Origin: Phaeosaccion multiseriatum
Taxonomy: Eukaryota; Protista; Ochrophyta, other classes
Reading direction: 5' to 3'
DNA: 64,000 nt
Assembly: GCA_965112735.1 (NCBI GenBank)
Contig: OZ218958.1
Location: 3,348,001-3,412,000, forward strand
Every line of letters begins with the position of its first letter. Positions within the stretch are counted from its first letter, which is position 1. The translations under genes were made by a program, and so were the position numbers. The notes below the pieces were generated by a model. It had not been told where the DNA came from, searched no databases, and was given only the letters and a program-made list of their open reading frames with translations. Below, piece after piece: positions 1-18,485 of this stretch.

Positions 1-2
1 CT

Positions 3-1301
3 GCAACTGATGCGGCTCTTGCTCTCAAAGTGTTGGCACTGTTGCCACTGTCGGTCAAGCGTGTGGGTTTTTCGGAGTTCTTCGATGCTTGCGACGCTGT
101 TGTGCGGAGCGGCGTGGAGGAGGTGGAGTTTCCACCATTGTCGTGGTTCAACAGGCGTATTGGTCTTCCTTCCTCACTGAAGAAGGTCACTTTTGGCCAA
201 CGCTTCAATCAGGCTGATTTGGTGCTACCAAGCTCTCTGGAGGAGGTGGAGTTTTCATCGAACTCATTGTTCAGCAAGCCAATCGTTCTCCCTTCCTCGC
301 TGAAGAAGGTCACTTTTGGAAATTCCTTCGATCAGGCTGATTTGGTGCTACCAAGCTCTCTGGAGGAGTTGAAATTTTCATGGAACTCATCGTTCAACGG
401 GCCAATCGTTCTCCCTTCCTCCCTGAAGAAGGTCACCTTTGGATTCTGCTTCGATCGGGCTGATTTGGTGTTACCAAGCTCTCTGGAGGAGCTGGATTTA
501 TGGAACTCAAGGCTCAACGGGCCAATCGATCTCCCTTCCTCGCTGAAGAAGGTCACTTTTGGAAGAGCTCCCTTCGATCAGGCTGATTTGGTGCTACCAA
601 GCTCTTTGGAGGAGCTCAGGTTTGAACAGGACTCATGGTTCAACAGGCCAATCATTCTCCCTTCTTCACTGAAGAAGCTCAGTTTTGGAAAATTCTTCGA
701 TCAGGCTGATTTGGTGCTACCAAGCTCTCTGGAGGAGCTGGAGTTTTCATTAATGTCACAGTTCAACAGCCCAATCGTTCTCCCTTCCTCGCTGAAGAAG
801 GTCACTTTTGGAGTTTTCTTCGATCAGGCTGATTTGGTGCTACCAAGCTCTTTGGAGGAGCTGAAGTTTTCAGACCGCTCAAGGTTTAACAGGCCAATCG
901 ATCTCCCTTCCTCGCTGAAGAAGGTCACTTTTGGATTACACTTCGATCAGGCTGATTTGGTGCTACCAAGCTCTCTGGAGGAGCTGAAGTTTTCAGGCCT
1001 CTCAGTGTTCAACAGGCCAATCGTTCTCCCTTCCTCGCTGAAGAAGGTCACTTTTGGAGGTGGATTCAATCAGCCTGTGGTCCTTCCCAATGGTGTAGAG
1101 GAGGTGGAAATGGGGGCTGACTTTAACCTCCCCCTGGACCTCCCTCCCTCTGTGCAGGCTCTTACACTGAGTCCTGAATCCTCCTGCCCTCTTCCGAGCC
1201 TACCTGCTGGGCTGAAGAAGCTTACGGTGGGGTGGGGGTACCCACTGCCTGCAGACCTCCCCGAGGGGCTTCAGGTACACCGTGATAATTCCCTACCCTA
1301 A
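3..1301 (+). CDS. FNIP-type (LRR-like) repeat protein, intronless, 5' end outside window
   Basis: Frame is open from nt 3 (ATDAALALKVL...) to TAA at 1299-1301. Seven full 41-aa units plus a partial, consensus LPSSLKKVTFGxxFDQADLV-LPSSLEELxFSxxSxFNxPIV. The FNxPI...LPxSL..L.FG..FNQ pattern is the FNIP repeat signature. Confidence 0.85.
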   Translation, partial: ATDAALALKVLALLPLSVKRVGFSEFFDACDAVVRSGVEEVEFPPLSWFNRRIGLPSSLKKVTFGQRFNQADLVLPSSLEEVEFSSNSLFSKPIVLPSSLKKVTFGNSFDQADLVLPSSLEELKFSWNSSFNGPIVLPSSLKKVTFGFCFDRADLVLPSSLEELDLWNSRLNGPIDLPSSLKKVTFGRAPFDQADLVLPSSLEELRFEQDSWFNRPIILPSSLKKLSFGKFFDQADLVLPSSLEELEFSLMSQFNSPIVLPSSLKKVTFGVFFDQADLVLPSSLEELKFSDRSRFNRPIDLPSSLKKVTFGLHFDQADLVLPSSLEELKFSGLSVFNRPIVLPSSLKKVTFGGGFNQPVVLPNGVEEVEMGADFNLPLDLPPSVQALTLSPESSCPLPSLPAGLKKLTVGWGYPLPADLPEGLQVHRDNSLP

Positions 1302-2353
1302 AATACTTTTAAAAAAAAAAATTAAGACATGTCTTTGGTGAATTTGTTTTGATCGTCCTGCTCAACTGCCCCTACTAGAATGGTACCACGTGGGAGCGTC
1401 TACAGTGCTCCAACCAGGAGTGAGGCCTATCCTGACCAGCCACCCTCCGCTCGCCCACCCCTCCCTTCCGCTGCGGTGCGACAGCAAAGTGCCCTCTTGA
1501 ACTGTCTTTTGTTATCATCACTGCCTGCCTGCTCTCAGAGTGTCTGCCTGCAGGCCCAGGCCTCGACTCACCCAGGCCAAGAGAGAGTCCACGAAGGCTG
1601 CCACCGTCTGCCGCTGCCCGACACCTCCCGCTCTCCCGTTTGAGGAAGCTTTGGGGCGGCCACTGGAATGAGCCATCTGCGTCGATGGGTAGGCCTAGCT
1701 AGCTATGGGCCGGCCAGGACGGAAAGACTCAAAAGTGTGTTGGTTGGTGTAGGATCCAAGGAGTGGGAGTCGCAGCGCCACGAGGGGGTTGGGGCTGACA
1801 CCAGGTACAGATATCAGAGTGCAAGCAAGAGAGCCTCCCTCTTTGTCTCCCTCTTTAGTCAGTCCTCACTCAGTCCTCTCTCAGCCGCCCTCGCCGTACG
1901 GCCAGCTGGTGGACACCAGGTACTACAAAGCGCAGACGGCCTCAAGTCAGGCGTCAGTCTGCTTCGCTGTAGGGCCAGCTTGAGTTGCGAGAAGCAGTGG
2001 GGCTTGCTGCCTCATACACCGCGCTGCCCTCCCCCACAAGGGAAGCCCCCATACCGATGAGCCTGTGGCAGTTCCAATTAGTGTCAAGAGCGGGTGGTGT
2101 CAGGACACAGTGTCCGTGAGTGCTGATGGTGTCTCAGAATGAGCAGAGGTCCCCTTGTCCTTGGAGCTTTGGGGCTTCCTTCGGGGTGGGCGTAGAGCCG
2201 CTGAGCCCTGCCTGCCCTGCCCCGGTGTTGGTTGCGAGACGAGACGGGTACAGGAGGCTCAACACTCAAACTCAACACACACAACCACACAAGCCCCACC
2301 CCACAGCCTCACCGTCACTCCCGTCACTCTCATTCGCTTACTGACTTACTGAC

Positions 2354-9866
<7,513 letters not shown>

Positions 9867-10320
9867 GACATGGAAGCAAAGAAAGGCCCCACTCTCTTTC
9901 TTCTCAATGAGTCCTGCTGGCACTCATCCGCATCCCCTGTCGTCCTCCCGGCGAATCAGCCGTGCAGCCTTGGCTCATTGCGTCTTTTGTTGTGTCCTGT
10001 CACTCAAACGTTACATTTGGACGTTCGCGTGTTGGTGGTCCAAGCCTGTGAGCTGAAAACCCGCAAAACCCTGACCGGGGCCCCCGGAGAACACCCGCCT
10101 GTATCTTTCTGTCCTTCACAGCGCCATCTAAGGAAGGGCCTTACATTAAGCTGAACCTAGTCGCGCTCCGAAAGGGGAGGGGGGGGAAAGGTTCTCCTCA
10201 GCGATTCTCTGACTCTCCCTTCCTTCTTACAAGAAAGAAAAAGAGAAGGCCCTTTCTTTCGGATCACACACACGAATATATAACTGGAGTGCCGGGCTTG
10301 GGCAGCAGCAGGAGTGGAGC

Positions 10321-11968
10321 ATGGCGGTTGCAATAGGACCCCCCACGATTTCAACTCCTCCACATCAGCGGAGGCTGAGGGAACTCGTCCGCGGCCGGCC
10401 CTCAACGGGAATGTGGGGGGAAGGGGGCGCGAATACCGAGCCCACTCCTCCGCGCCCTGGTGCTGGGCCACCGCCTTTACGCGCGTCGCCTCCTCTTCGG
10501 ATTCGCTTCCGACCGATGTCTCCACCCGACCAAGACCAAGTGCAGTATCTTCACGAGACGTGCTTTCCTGTACGCTACAACGCAAACTTCTTCGCCGGAG
10601 TGGTGCGCGGAGAGGTGGAGAGGCGGGGAGTGAGAGAGCCCATCTATCACGAAGTTGCGGTCGTGAGCCTCGCCGACTCCATCGCCAGTAGGAACAGAGA
10701 CCGTGGGGCACAGGGAGGGGTTGAGACAGAGGGAGCAGAGGGAGATGCAGAGAGAGAGAGTGGAAGGCATGTGTGGAGAGACGAGGATGGCGGCGGGGAT
10801 GTGGAAGGAGGCGTTGAGGAGGGCATCGTGGCCGTTGCGACTGGCCAGCTTACTGCCCTCCACAAGTGCGAAGACAGGGATCGCTTGGGGCTGGGCTGGC
10901 CGCCAGCAACAGGAGGGAGGGGCATTGCTGCTGTTACTGGTATTGCTCGGGCTGTATCACCACCTGCTCCAGGGCCATCCAACATCCAAGTCATGTACAT
11001 TCTCACCCTTGGGACGCTAGAAGAGTACCGGAGACAGGTGAGGGAGGGAGAGAGGGAGGGAGGGGGGGGGGGGAGGGAGAGAAGGACAGGCAGGGAGGGA
11101 GGGAGGGAGGGAGGGTGGCTGGAGGAAAGGAGGGTGTGAGGGAGAGACCCAGACCAGCCATTCAATGCCCTGGCTCACACAGCGAAGGGCAGGACGATCA
11201 ATCAGAGAAAGGAGGAAGTGAAATGAAACGAATGCTCTTTCATCTTGCACTGCCCCAGGGCATTGGTCGGCTGCTGCTGGAGCGGCTCATCGCGTCGGCG
11301 AAGGCGTTGCCCACCTGTAAGGCGGTGTACCTACACGTCCTCGTGAATAACGACAGCGCAGTCGCCATGTATCGCGCTCTGGGCTTTGTGTGGCTCGGGC
11401 TGCTGGAGGGTAAGGCAGAGAGAGGCATATGGGCAGGGAGAGGGGGGTGGGTGGGGATGGATGGCAGTGGATGGAGGGCTTTGGCCTGGGGGTGGTAAGG
11501 ATCGTGGTGAGGCGGCGATCACAACCCCCCCTCTGTCTCTCTTTCCCTCTATCTATCTCTGCAAAGGCTTGATTTCATGCTTGCTTCCTTGAGAACTCTA
11601 CTCTCTTTCTCTTGTTACGTCTCGTGACGGACGGTCCATTCATTCGCTTCACTCCTCCCTCCTGAGCTGGCGCCTCGACCTCTCACTACCACAGCATCAC
11701 TTTCCTCTCTCTCCTCTCCTCTTCACCCCCTTCCTCCTGTTACCTCGGCCTCCCCCCTCCTCTCCGCTCCCCGCCCCTCCCGTCCTCTTCCCTCCCCACC
11801 TCTCCCCTCCCCTGCCCTCCCCTCCCCTCCCCTCCCCTCCTCCCCTCTGCACAGACTACTACACCATCGGGGGTGAGCGACACGACTGCCTCATCTACGC
11901 CCTCTATATCAACGGGGCCAGCGCGCCCTTCACCTTACCGCTCTACCCCTCCTTCCAGGCCCTATCTC

Positions 11969-12015
<47 letters not shown>

Positions 12016-13159
12016 GTGGTGTGTGTGTGACGAGAGCGCTGTTGGAATGGCACATGCAGCGCGAGTGCCTTCTGGCCTCTCCCCGCCCTCCTCCGTTGTG
12101 TGACTACTGATGTATCACCAACTGCTGCTCACCCACCCCCCACTATCTCTGTCTTCCCCGGCCTCCTCCCCTCCCCTCCTCTCCCCTCCCCTCGCCTCCC
12201 CTCCTCTCCTCTCCTCTCCTCTCCTCTCCCTTCCCCTCCCCTCCCCTCTCCCTTCCCCTTCCCTCCCGTCCCCTCCCCTCTCCCTTCCTTTCCCCTCCCC
12301 TCCCCTCCCCTCTCCCTTCCTCTCCCCTCCCCTCCCCTCCCCTCTCCCTTCCTCTCCCCTCCCCTCCCCTCCCCTCTCCCTTCCTCTCCCCTCCTTTCCC
12401 CTCCCCTCCCCTCCCCTCCTCTCCTCTCCTCTCCTCTCCTCTCCCCTCCCCTCTCCCCTCCCCTCTCCCTTCCTCCCCTCCCCTCCCCTCCCCTCCCCTC
12501 TCGCCTCCCCTCCTCTCCCCTTCCCTTGCCTCCCCTCCCCTCCCCTCTCCCTTCCCCTTCCCTCCCGTCCCCTCCCCTCTCCCTTCCTTTCCCCTCCCCT
12601 CCCCTCCCCTCTCCCTTCCTCTCCCCTCCCCTCCCCTCCCCTCTCCCTTCCTCTCCCCTCCCCTCCCCTCCCCTCCCCTCTCCCTTCCTCTCCTCCCCTC
12701 CCCTCTCGCCTCCCCTCCTCTCCCCTTCCCTTCCCTTCCCTCCCCTCGCCTCTCCCCTGCTGTAGTCGAGTACGGCGTGCCGCACGTATGGTGTGGGGCT
12801 GGTTCCACAAAGAGCAGCCCCGCCCCCCTCCCCGCTTCATCGGGGGGCAGAGAGGACAGACAGGGAGGCGGAGAGGACAGGGTGCAGAGCAGAGCGCTTC
12901 CAGAGGGGGGGGACAGGGAGTACAAGTGCAGGAGTTGGACATCCGCACTAAGCCGCCGCCAGCTGTGTGGCGGGCAGCAGGCGTCAGTTGTGGGGCAGAC
13001 GCTGGGCAGGGGTCTGGCAAGGCGTTGTGCAGCGGTGATGATGATGGGGCAGTTGGTGATACAGGGGCAGGGGGAGAGTCGTCCCGGCAGGGGCAGGGGC
13101 AGGGGCAGCGGCAGCAGTCGGCGGTACAGCAGCGGGAAGGGAGCCTTGACGTGTGCTGA
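10321..13159 (+). CDS. NAA60: N-alpha-acetyltransferase 60 (NatF)-like GNAT acetyltransferase
   Basis: Exons 10321-11037, 11259-11409, 11855-11969, 12766-13159 (GT-AG, in phase). Motifs IRFRPM..LHETCFPVRY, MYILTLG..EEYRRQGIG..LL, AVYLHVL.NN..A..MY..LGF, DYY.IGG...DC.IY.LYING. Basic/aromatic C-terminal segment RVRRAARMVWGWF. Confidence 0.82.
12150..12757. repeat. (CTCCC)n-type polypyrimidine tract in NAA60 intron 3
   Basis: About 600 bp almost exclusively C/T, built from CTCCC units, ending just before the acceptor at 12765. Confidence 0.95.
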
Positions 13160-13459
13160 GGCTGCGCTGGAACGGACTTTGCCGGACTGACTGGGGGAGA
13201 GGACACGGCACACACGCGCACACACACGGCTTGGTCATTTTGCGTGGAGTGCGGAGTGGAGACTTTGGAATGGATAGGGCGGAGGAGGGGGGCAGGGGGG
13301 AGAGGAGGGGAGATGGGCGTGGACGGAGGGGAGAGAGGTGCAGACGGAGGGGAGAGAGGTGCAAACGGAGGGGAGAGGTGCAGACAGAGGGGAGAAGTGC
13401 AGACGGAGGGGAGAGGAGTGCGGTGCGGTGACGTGCAGCACTTCATCCCGCAAAGCGCG

Positions 13460-13490
<31 letters not shown>

Positions 13491-13716
13491 GAATACTTGC
13501 ACACAGGGAGGGATGTGTGTATCGTATACAGAGAGGACATCCATAACATTGCCTCACCACCGGAGAGGGAAAGAGACGCATTCGATGACATAGTTGTTAG
13601 CATCTTCAATCAGATCATAGTAGATGGCATAATAGTTTTTATTCCTTTTATAATTAGAAGGAATAAAAAATGAAAGGGAAAGGGATGGCATGAAAGAATC
13701 AGGCGCGACGCAACAC

Positions 13717-15765
13717 CTAAATGTGGAGCACCATGAGGCGGCTGATGAACTCCTCCTCCCCCCCCGCCCCCTTGAGGAAGCGCTTGAGGGGTTTGAGTGC
13801 CAGTTTGATATGCCCCACCTGCCCTCCCAGCAGCGTACTCAACACAACAATCTCCTTCTGCTCTCCGTCCACCTCCATCTCGAACGCCGTCCGCAGAAGC
13901 TCCCCGGGGCTCACACTGCCACTCACACTGCCCCCGCCCTGTACCACCAACGGCTGACCCTGCCCCTGCCCCTGCCCCTGCCCCTGCCCGCTCGAGCTGC
14001 TTGCGCTCGTCGAGCTAGTGGAGCCTGAACTGCTCGAGCCTGGGCCTGATGATGAGGCTTGTGTGGATGAGGGCGAGGGTGAGGGTGCCACAGAGGAGCG
14101 AATGAACTCATCGCCAGTAAGGGCATCAAGGAGAATGATTTGGCCCACCACTCGGTTGGCCACGCAAATCACGTTGCGGTTCCACGGAAGCTGCCGAAGG
14201 AAGAACACAGGCAGCGAGAAGGGGGGCTTGTTCCTGCTGCTACTGCTGCTACTGCTGCTACCGTCAGTGCCTGCGTTGCCCCCTTGCCCCGCAGGACCTC
14301 CGTCTCCGTCTCCGCCTCCGCCTCCGCCTGGGGAGAGCGAGGGTGAGGGTGAAGGCGAGGGCGAAGGCGCTGCTGGCGGCTCGCCGGCGGGCCCGATGCA
14401 ATGCGTGGTGAGAAACAACCACCCCGTGTTGGTGTTCTCTAACCTGGCGACGGCCTCTGCCCCCCCCTCCGCCATAGCGCAGTCGACGCTCTGCTGAAGG
14501 TCCACAAGCTGAAGTTCGAGCAGCCCCATGGCATTTCGGGTCACCATTGCCACCGCCGGGAGTGGCGGCTCCGTGTTAGGGATGGTGACCAGCTGCGCAC
14601 CGAGTGTCTCGAACCCAAACGAGTGCTCCACCTGCCCATATGCCTGCGCATCCTCTTCCTCCTGCTGCTGCTGCTGCTGCTGCTGCTGTGTCCCCAGTGC
14701 CCCCTGCGCTCCCTGCGCTCCCTGCGCATGTGACTGTGGCTGCCCCCGCCCCTGCCCGGTGCTGAAGCGCCACAGATCCACCACCACCGTCCCGTCGGGC
14801 CTTGCCGCGCTCAGCATCCCCCAGTGCCCGTCCTGTGACAACTCGTATCGCAGCAGCCGGTCTTCCTCTTCCCCACCAGGCGGAGGAGGAGGAGGAGGAG
14901 GAGGAGGAAGGAGGCCCTCCCCCCCCCCCCCGCCTCCTCCTCCTCCACAGCTTTGCTTTAGCTTGGCCTTTGTCTTTGCTGACAAAGTGGCCCTCCTCCT
15001 CGCCTGCCTCGACCTCCCTACTTGGTCACCGGCCTCCAGGGGCACGTGCCACAGCCAAGCACGTTGGTCATCCACCATGGCCAGCGTCGTGCCGTTTACC
15101 CACTGCCACCACTTCACCATCGAGGGCTCCTCGCCCCCTCCTCCTCCTCCTCCTCCTCCTCCTCCTCCTCTTCCTCCCCCATAACACGTCGTCTCCTGCA
15201 GCATCTGGGCCCTGGGGAGAGAGTGCACCTGCAGCAATCCCGCCTCGTGAATAGCCAACACGGACTCGCTCTGGCAGGGACTCATGCTGACTCGATCGGC
15301 GTTGCCCGACGTCTCCGTCTGGACAGTCCTTCCACTGTGATCCCACATGTCGCACAGCAAGGCACATCCCCCCCGGCCCTTCCCGGGGGTTGCAGGAGCA
15401 GCAGTTGGTGATACGCCAGCAGCAGCAGTTGGTGATATGCCAGCAGCAGCTGCTTTCCCAAAGGCCGCGGGTCTGCACACGCACATGAGGCGAGGGTTGG
15501 AGGCGAGCAGAGCACACGACTTGGAGGCCGCAAGCACCTCCGGCAGCGACACGGAGTACGCCGAGAAGCCGCACATGGTCCTGCTAAACACCTCCCGAGT
15601 CACAGTTGGCGGGGCCAGGCGGGTGTTGCCCACTGACTGGGGGTCCTCCACCCCCACTTCGCCCTCCATCACGCTCAAGTCCACCAGCGGCTCCACTGCT
15701 GCTCCTGCGGCGGATGGATCACCAAACACCGCAGCAGAAAATGCAGCATCACTACTATTTTGTTG
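13717..15765 (-). CDS. Divergent clathrin heavy-chain N-terminal beta-propeller domain (C-terminal part of the kinase gene's last exon)
   Basis: Collinear blocks match the clathrin terminal domain (sequence recalled from memory): [24 protein letters not shown] ~ SADSAIMNP..VIALKAGKTLQIFNI; [23 protein letters not shown] ~ [23 protein letters not shown]; [15 protein letters not shown] ~ IINYRTDAKQKWLLL; [11 protein letters not shown] ~ GYIHLYDLETG; GGQVGHIKL ~ KGQVLSVCV. No clathrin leg repeats follow. Confidence 0.72.
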   Translation of the reverse strand, partial: QQNSSDAAFSAAVFGDPSAAGAAVEPLVDLSVMEGEVGVEDPQSVGNTRLAPPTVTREVFSRTMCGFSAYSVSLPEVLAASKSCALLASNPRLMCVCRPAAFGKAAAAGISPTAAAGVSPTAAPATPGKGRGGCALLCDMWDHSGRTVQTETSGNADRVSMSPCQSESVLAIHEAGLLQVHSLPRAQMLQETTCYGGGRGGGGGGGGGGGGEEPSMVKWWQWVNGTTLAMVDDQRAWLWHVPLEAGDQVGRSRQARRRATLSAKTKAKLKQSCGGGGGGGGGEGLLPPPPPPPPPPGGEEEDRLLRYELSQDGHWGMLSAARPDGTVVVDLWRFSTGQGRGQPQSHAQGAQGAQGALGTQQQQQQQQQEEEDAQAYGQVEHSFGFETLGAQLVTIPNTEPPLPAVAMVTRNAMGLLELQLVDLQQSVDCAMAEGGAEAVARLENTNTGWLFLTTHCIGPAGEPPAAPSPSPSPSPSLSPGGGGGGDGDGGPAGQGGNAGTDGSSSSSSSSRNKPPFSLPVFFLRQLPWNRNVICVANRVVGQIILLDALTGDEFIRSSVAPSPSPSSTQASSSGPGSSSSGSTSSTSASSSSGQGQGQGQGQGQPLVVQGGGSVSGSVSPGELLRTAFEMEVDGEQKEIVVLSTLLGGQVGHIKLALKPLKRFLKGAGGEEEFISRLMVLHI

Positions 15766-17105
15766 TGGGGGGGGGGGGGGTGCCTCGCTGCTGTGGTGAG
15801 GGCGGCGAGTTTCGATGACACCACGTCCCAGGTGGGCCGATCCATCACCACACGGTTACAGCATGCTCTGGAGTGGGTGGAGGGGGGGGGGGGGCAAAGG
15901 AGGGACGAGGGGGAGGAGAGTGGAACGTAAGGTAGAGAGGGGGGGAGAGGGGAGGGGGGGCGAGAGACAGGGAGAGAGAGGAACGAGAAAGGGAGAGAGA
16001 GGGGGGGGCGTGAGGACACCGCATGGTCCCGACGCCTCTGACGCCTCTGACGCCTTCCTTAATGCTGCTTACCGTGCTAGCCTGGCCAGGGGCTTGGCGC
16101 TCGCTTTAGTCCACGCCGCCATCGGATCGATGATCTCCTTCAACCGGCGGCTGCCTCCCCACGCCGCCTGAGGTACAGAAAGGGTAAGTAAGTAACCAAC
16201 AGTTCGTAAGAAGTTCATTAGGAAGGATAAAGGGAGGAGATGGGGGAGGAAGGAAGGAAGGAAGGAGGGAAGGAAGGAAGGAAGGAAGGAAGGAAGGAAG
16301 GAAGAAGCCCTCGACCCTCGCCCCTCCCCCCTTCCCTTGCCTTACTCACCTCTACCCTGTCCACGAGCCCGGGCGGCTCCTTATGTGCGGTGTACACACC
16401 ATCCCCCGTGAGGAGCTCCATCATCACCACTCCGAAGGCGTACACGTCGGTGCCTCTCGTCATGTTGCCCGTCTGATGGTATTGGGGGTCCATGTACCCA
16501 AACGTGCCTGCATGTAATACACACAACAAGCACCGCAATCAATGGTGACGTTGGTATGTACGGCCTTGCTGCCAACAGTGCTTGGCGAAACAGGGCAGCA
16601 GCACTACAGCGCGAGGGAAGGGGTGCAGTCAGCCCCGTTGAGCCCTAATGTACTAAGTATATAGCAGTATGTTGAGCCCACTGAGTCTCGGTACCGCTCC
16701 GTCAGTGAAAGAAACGAAACGAAACGAAACGAAACGAAACGAGGAGACGGATGGCAGAGCACGGCCTCCCCAGCCCTCCTCCCTCCCCCCCCTCCTCCTC
16801 CTCCTCCTCCTACCTTGCAGGCCGGCGCCCCCTTCGCCCCCCCTCCGGTCCCCCCCGTCGTCCCTCCTTTCACTGCGTGTGCGCTCCTCCTCCGCCCCCG
16901 CGTATCTCGACAGTCCAAAGTCCGCCACCACCGCGTTACCTCCATCGTCCAGCAGAATGTTCTCGGGCTTTGCACGGAGAGAGAGAGAGGGAGTGAATGA
17001 GAGAGAGAGGCAGCGCGAATGACAGAGGTAGGAGAGGGGGTTAGAGAGAGATTGAGAAAGAGGGAGGGAGGGAAGGAGAGGGAGAGTGTGCGTGCGTTCA
17101 GGGAG

Positions 17106-17146
<41 letters not shown>

Positions 17147-18439
17147 AGAGAAAAAGAGAGTGGCGTCTGGCGATGGATAGACACGCATCGCATCGCATCG
17201 CATCGCATCGCATCGCATCGCATCGCATCGCATCGCATCGCATCGCATGCTAAGGACGAGCGACCACCCACGGAACTCGCCCCCCCTACCCCCTCACCCC
17301 ATACCCCCTCACCCCCTACCCCCTCACCCCCTCACCCCCTCACCTTGACATCTCCGTGAATAACGCTCCTATTGAGGGGTGGGTGGGCGGCATCGTTGCT
17401 GTCCGTGTCCCTGCCGCTGTTTGGCCTAGGGAGGGGTCCGTCATCCCCGGAGTGAAGGTACTCGAGGCCTCTGCATACGTCCTGAGCAATGCGCACCCGG
17501 TCCTGAGACAGGACAGAGGGATGGCAGTGGATGGAGATGCGGGGGGGGGGGGGTTGGGGGGGTGAGCATCGATGTTGTGAGGGCGTGACTATAATCCCCC
17601 CCCCCCCCCCCACACACACACACACATACCTGCCAAGTCAGCTTCCTCCTCCTCTCCCTCGAGTCGAGGTGTATGCGGAGAGAGTTGTTGCGCATCAGGG
17701 CATACACCAAGCAGAGAGGGGACATGCTGCTGCTGCTGCTGCTGCTGCCGCCGCTGCTGCTGCTGCCGCCGCTGCTGCGCTGGTGGGGCGCCGCCCCGCT
17801 CGTACCAAGCAAAGGCACCACGTTCTGTGGACACGAGACAACACAGGATAAGATAAGATAAGATAAGATAAGCAGGGCAGGAGGGGGTGGCAGGAGACGA
17901 GCGGTATCAACAAGGGGCGTCGGCAGGGATGGCAGTGGATGGGAAGGAGGAAGGCCCTCTCTCTTCGAGCATCCCTCCCTCCACAAGTCGGATAGTGACT
18001 AGCAACCTGAAACTCATCCTGAAACTCCGTCCACCAGACGTTCTGCAGGGCGAGGTGAACGCACACGCACGCACACACGCACGCACACACGCACGCACAC
18101 ACGCACATGCAAAAACACACCGCAGACAGAAACAAGAGGCCAAGACAGAGACCGACTTGCCCCTCCCCCCCGTCACCCCTCACCCCCGTCACCCCCCTCA
18201 CCGCCTCACTCCCTCACTCCCTACTCCTCCCCCGCCTGACCTGATGTCTCAACATGGTGAGCATCTGCACCTCCTTATCGAATTGTCTCCGCCCCTGCAT
18301 GGAGGCCTCGTCAAGCTTCTTGACCGCCACCCCCACTCCCTGCAGGGTGCCTCGGTACACCTGCAGATAGAGGCGTATGGGATAAAGAGAGAGGCATGTC
18401 GACAGGCATGCAGAAGCATGAAGGCAGGCAAGTAAAGAA

Positions 18440-18485
<46 letters not shown>

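Noticed and set aside
13717-15729. A bona fide clathrin heavy chain gene
   Set aside because: Only the propeller-like region is present, it is highly diverged with low-complexity insertions, and it stops with no linker or leg repeats.
18007-18042. Possible 36-nt in-frame cassette exon ([12 protein letters not shown]) in a kinase intron
   Set aside because: Weak donor (GTTGCT), and it would interrupt the conserved LRH-N-V-LLG segment. No support without RNA data.
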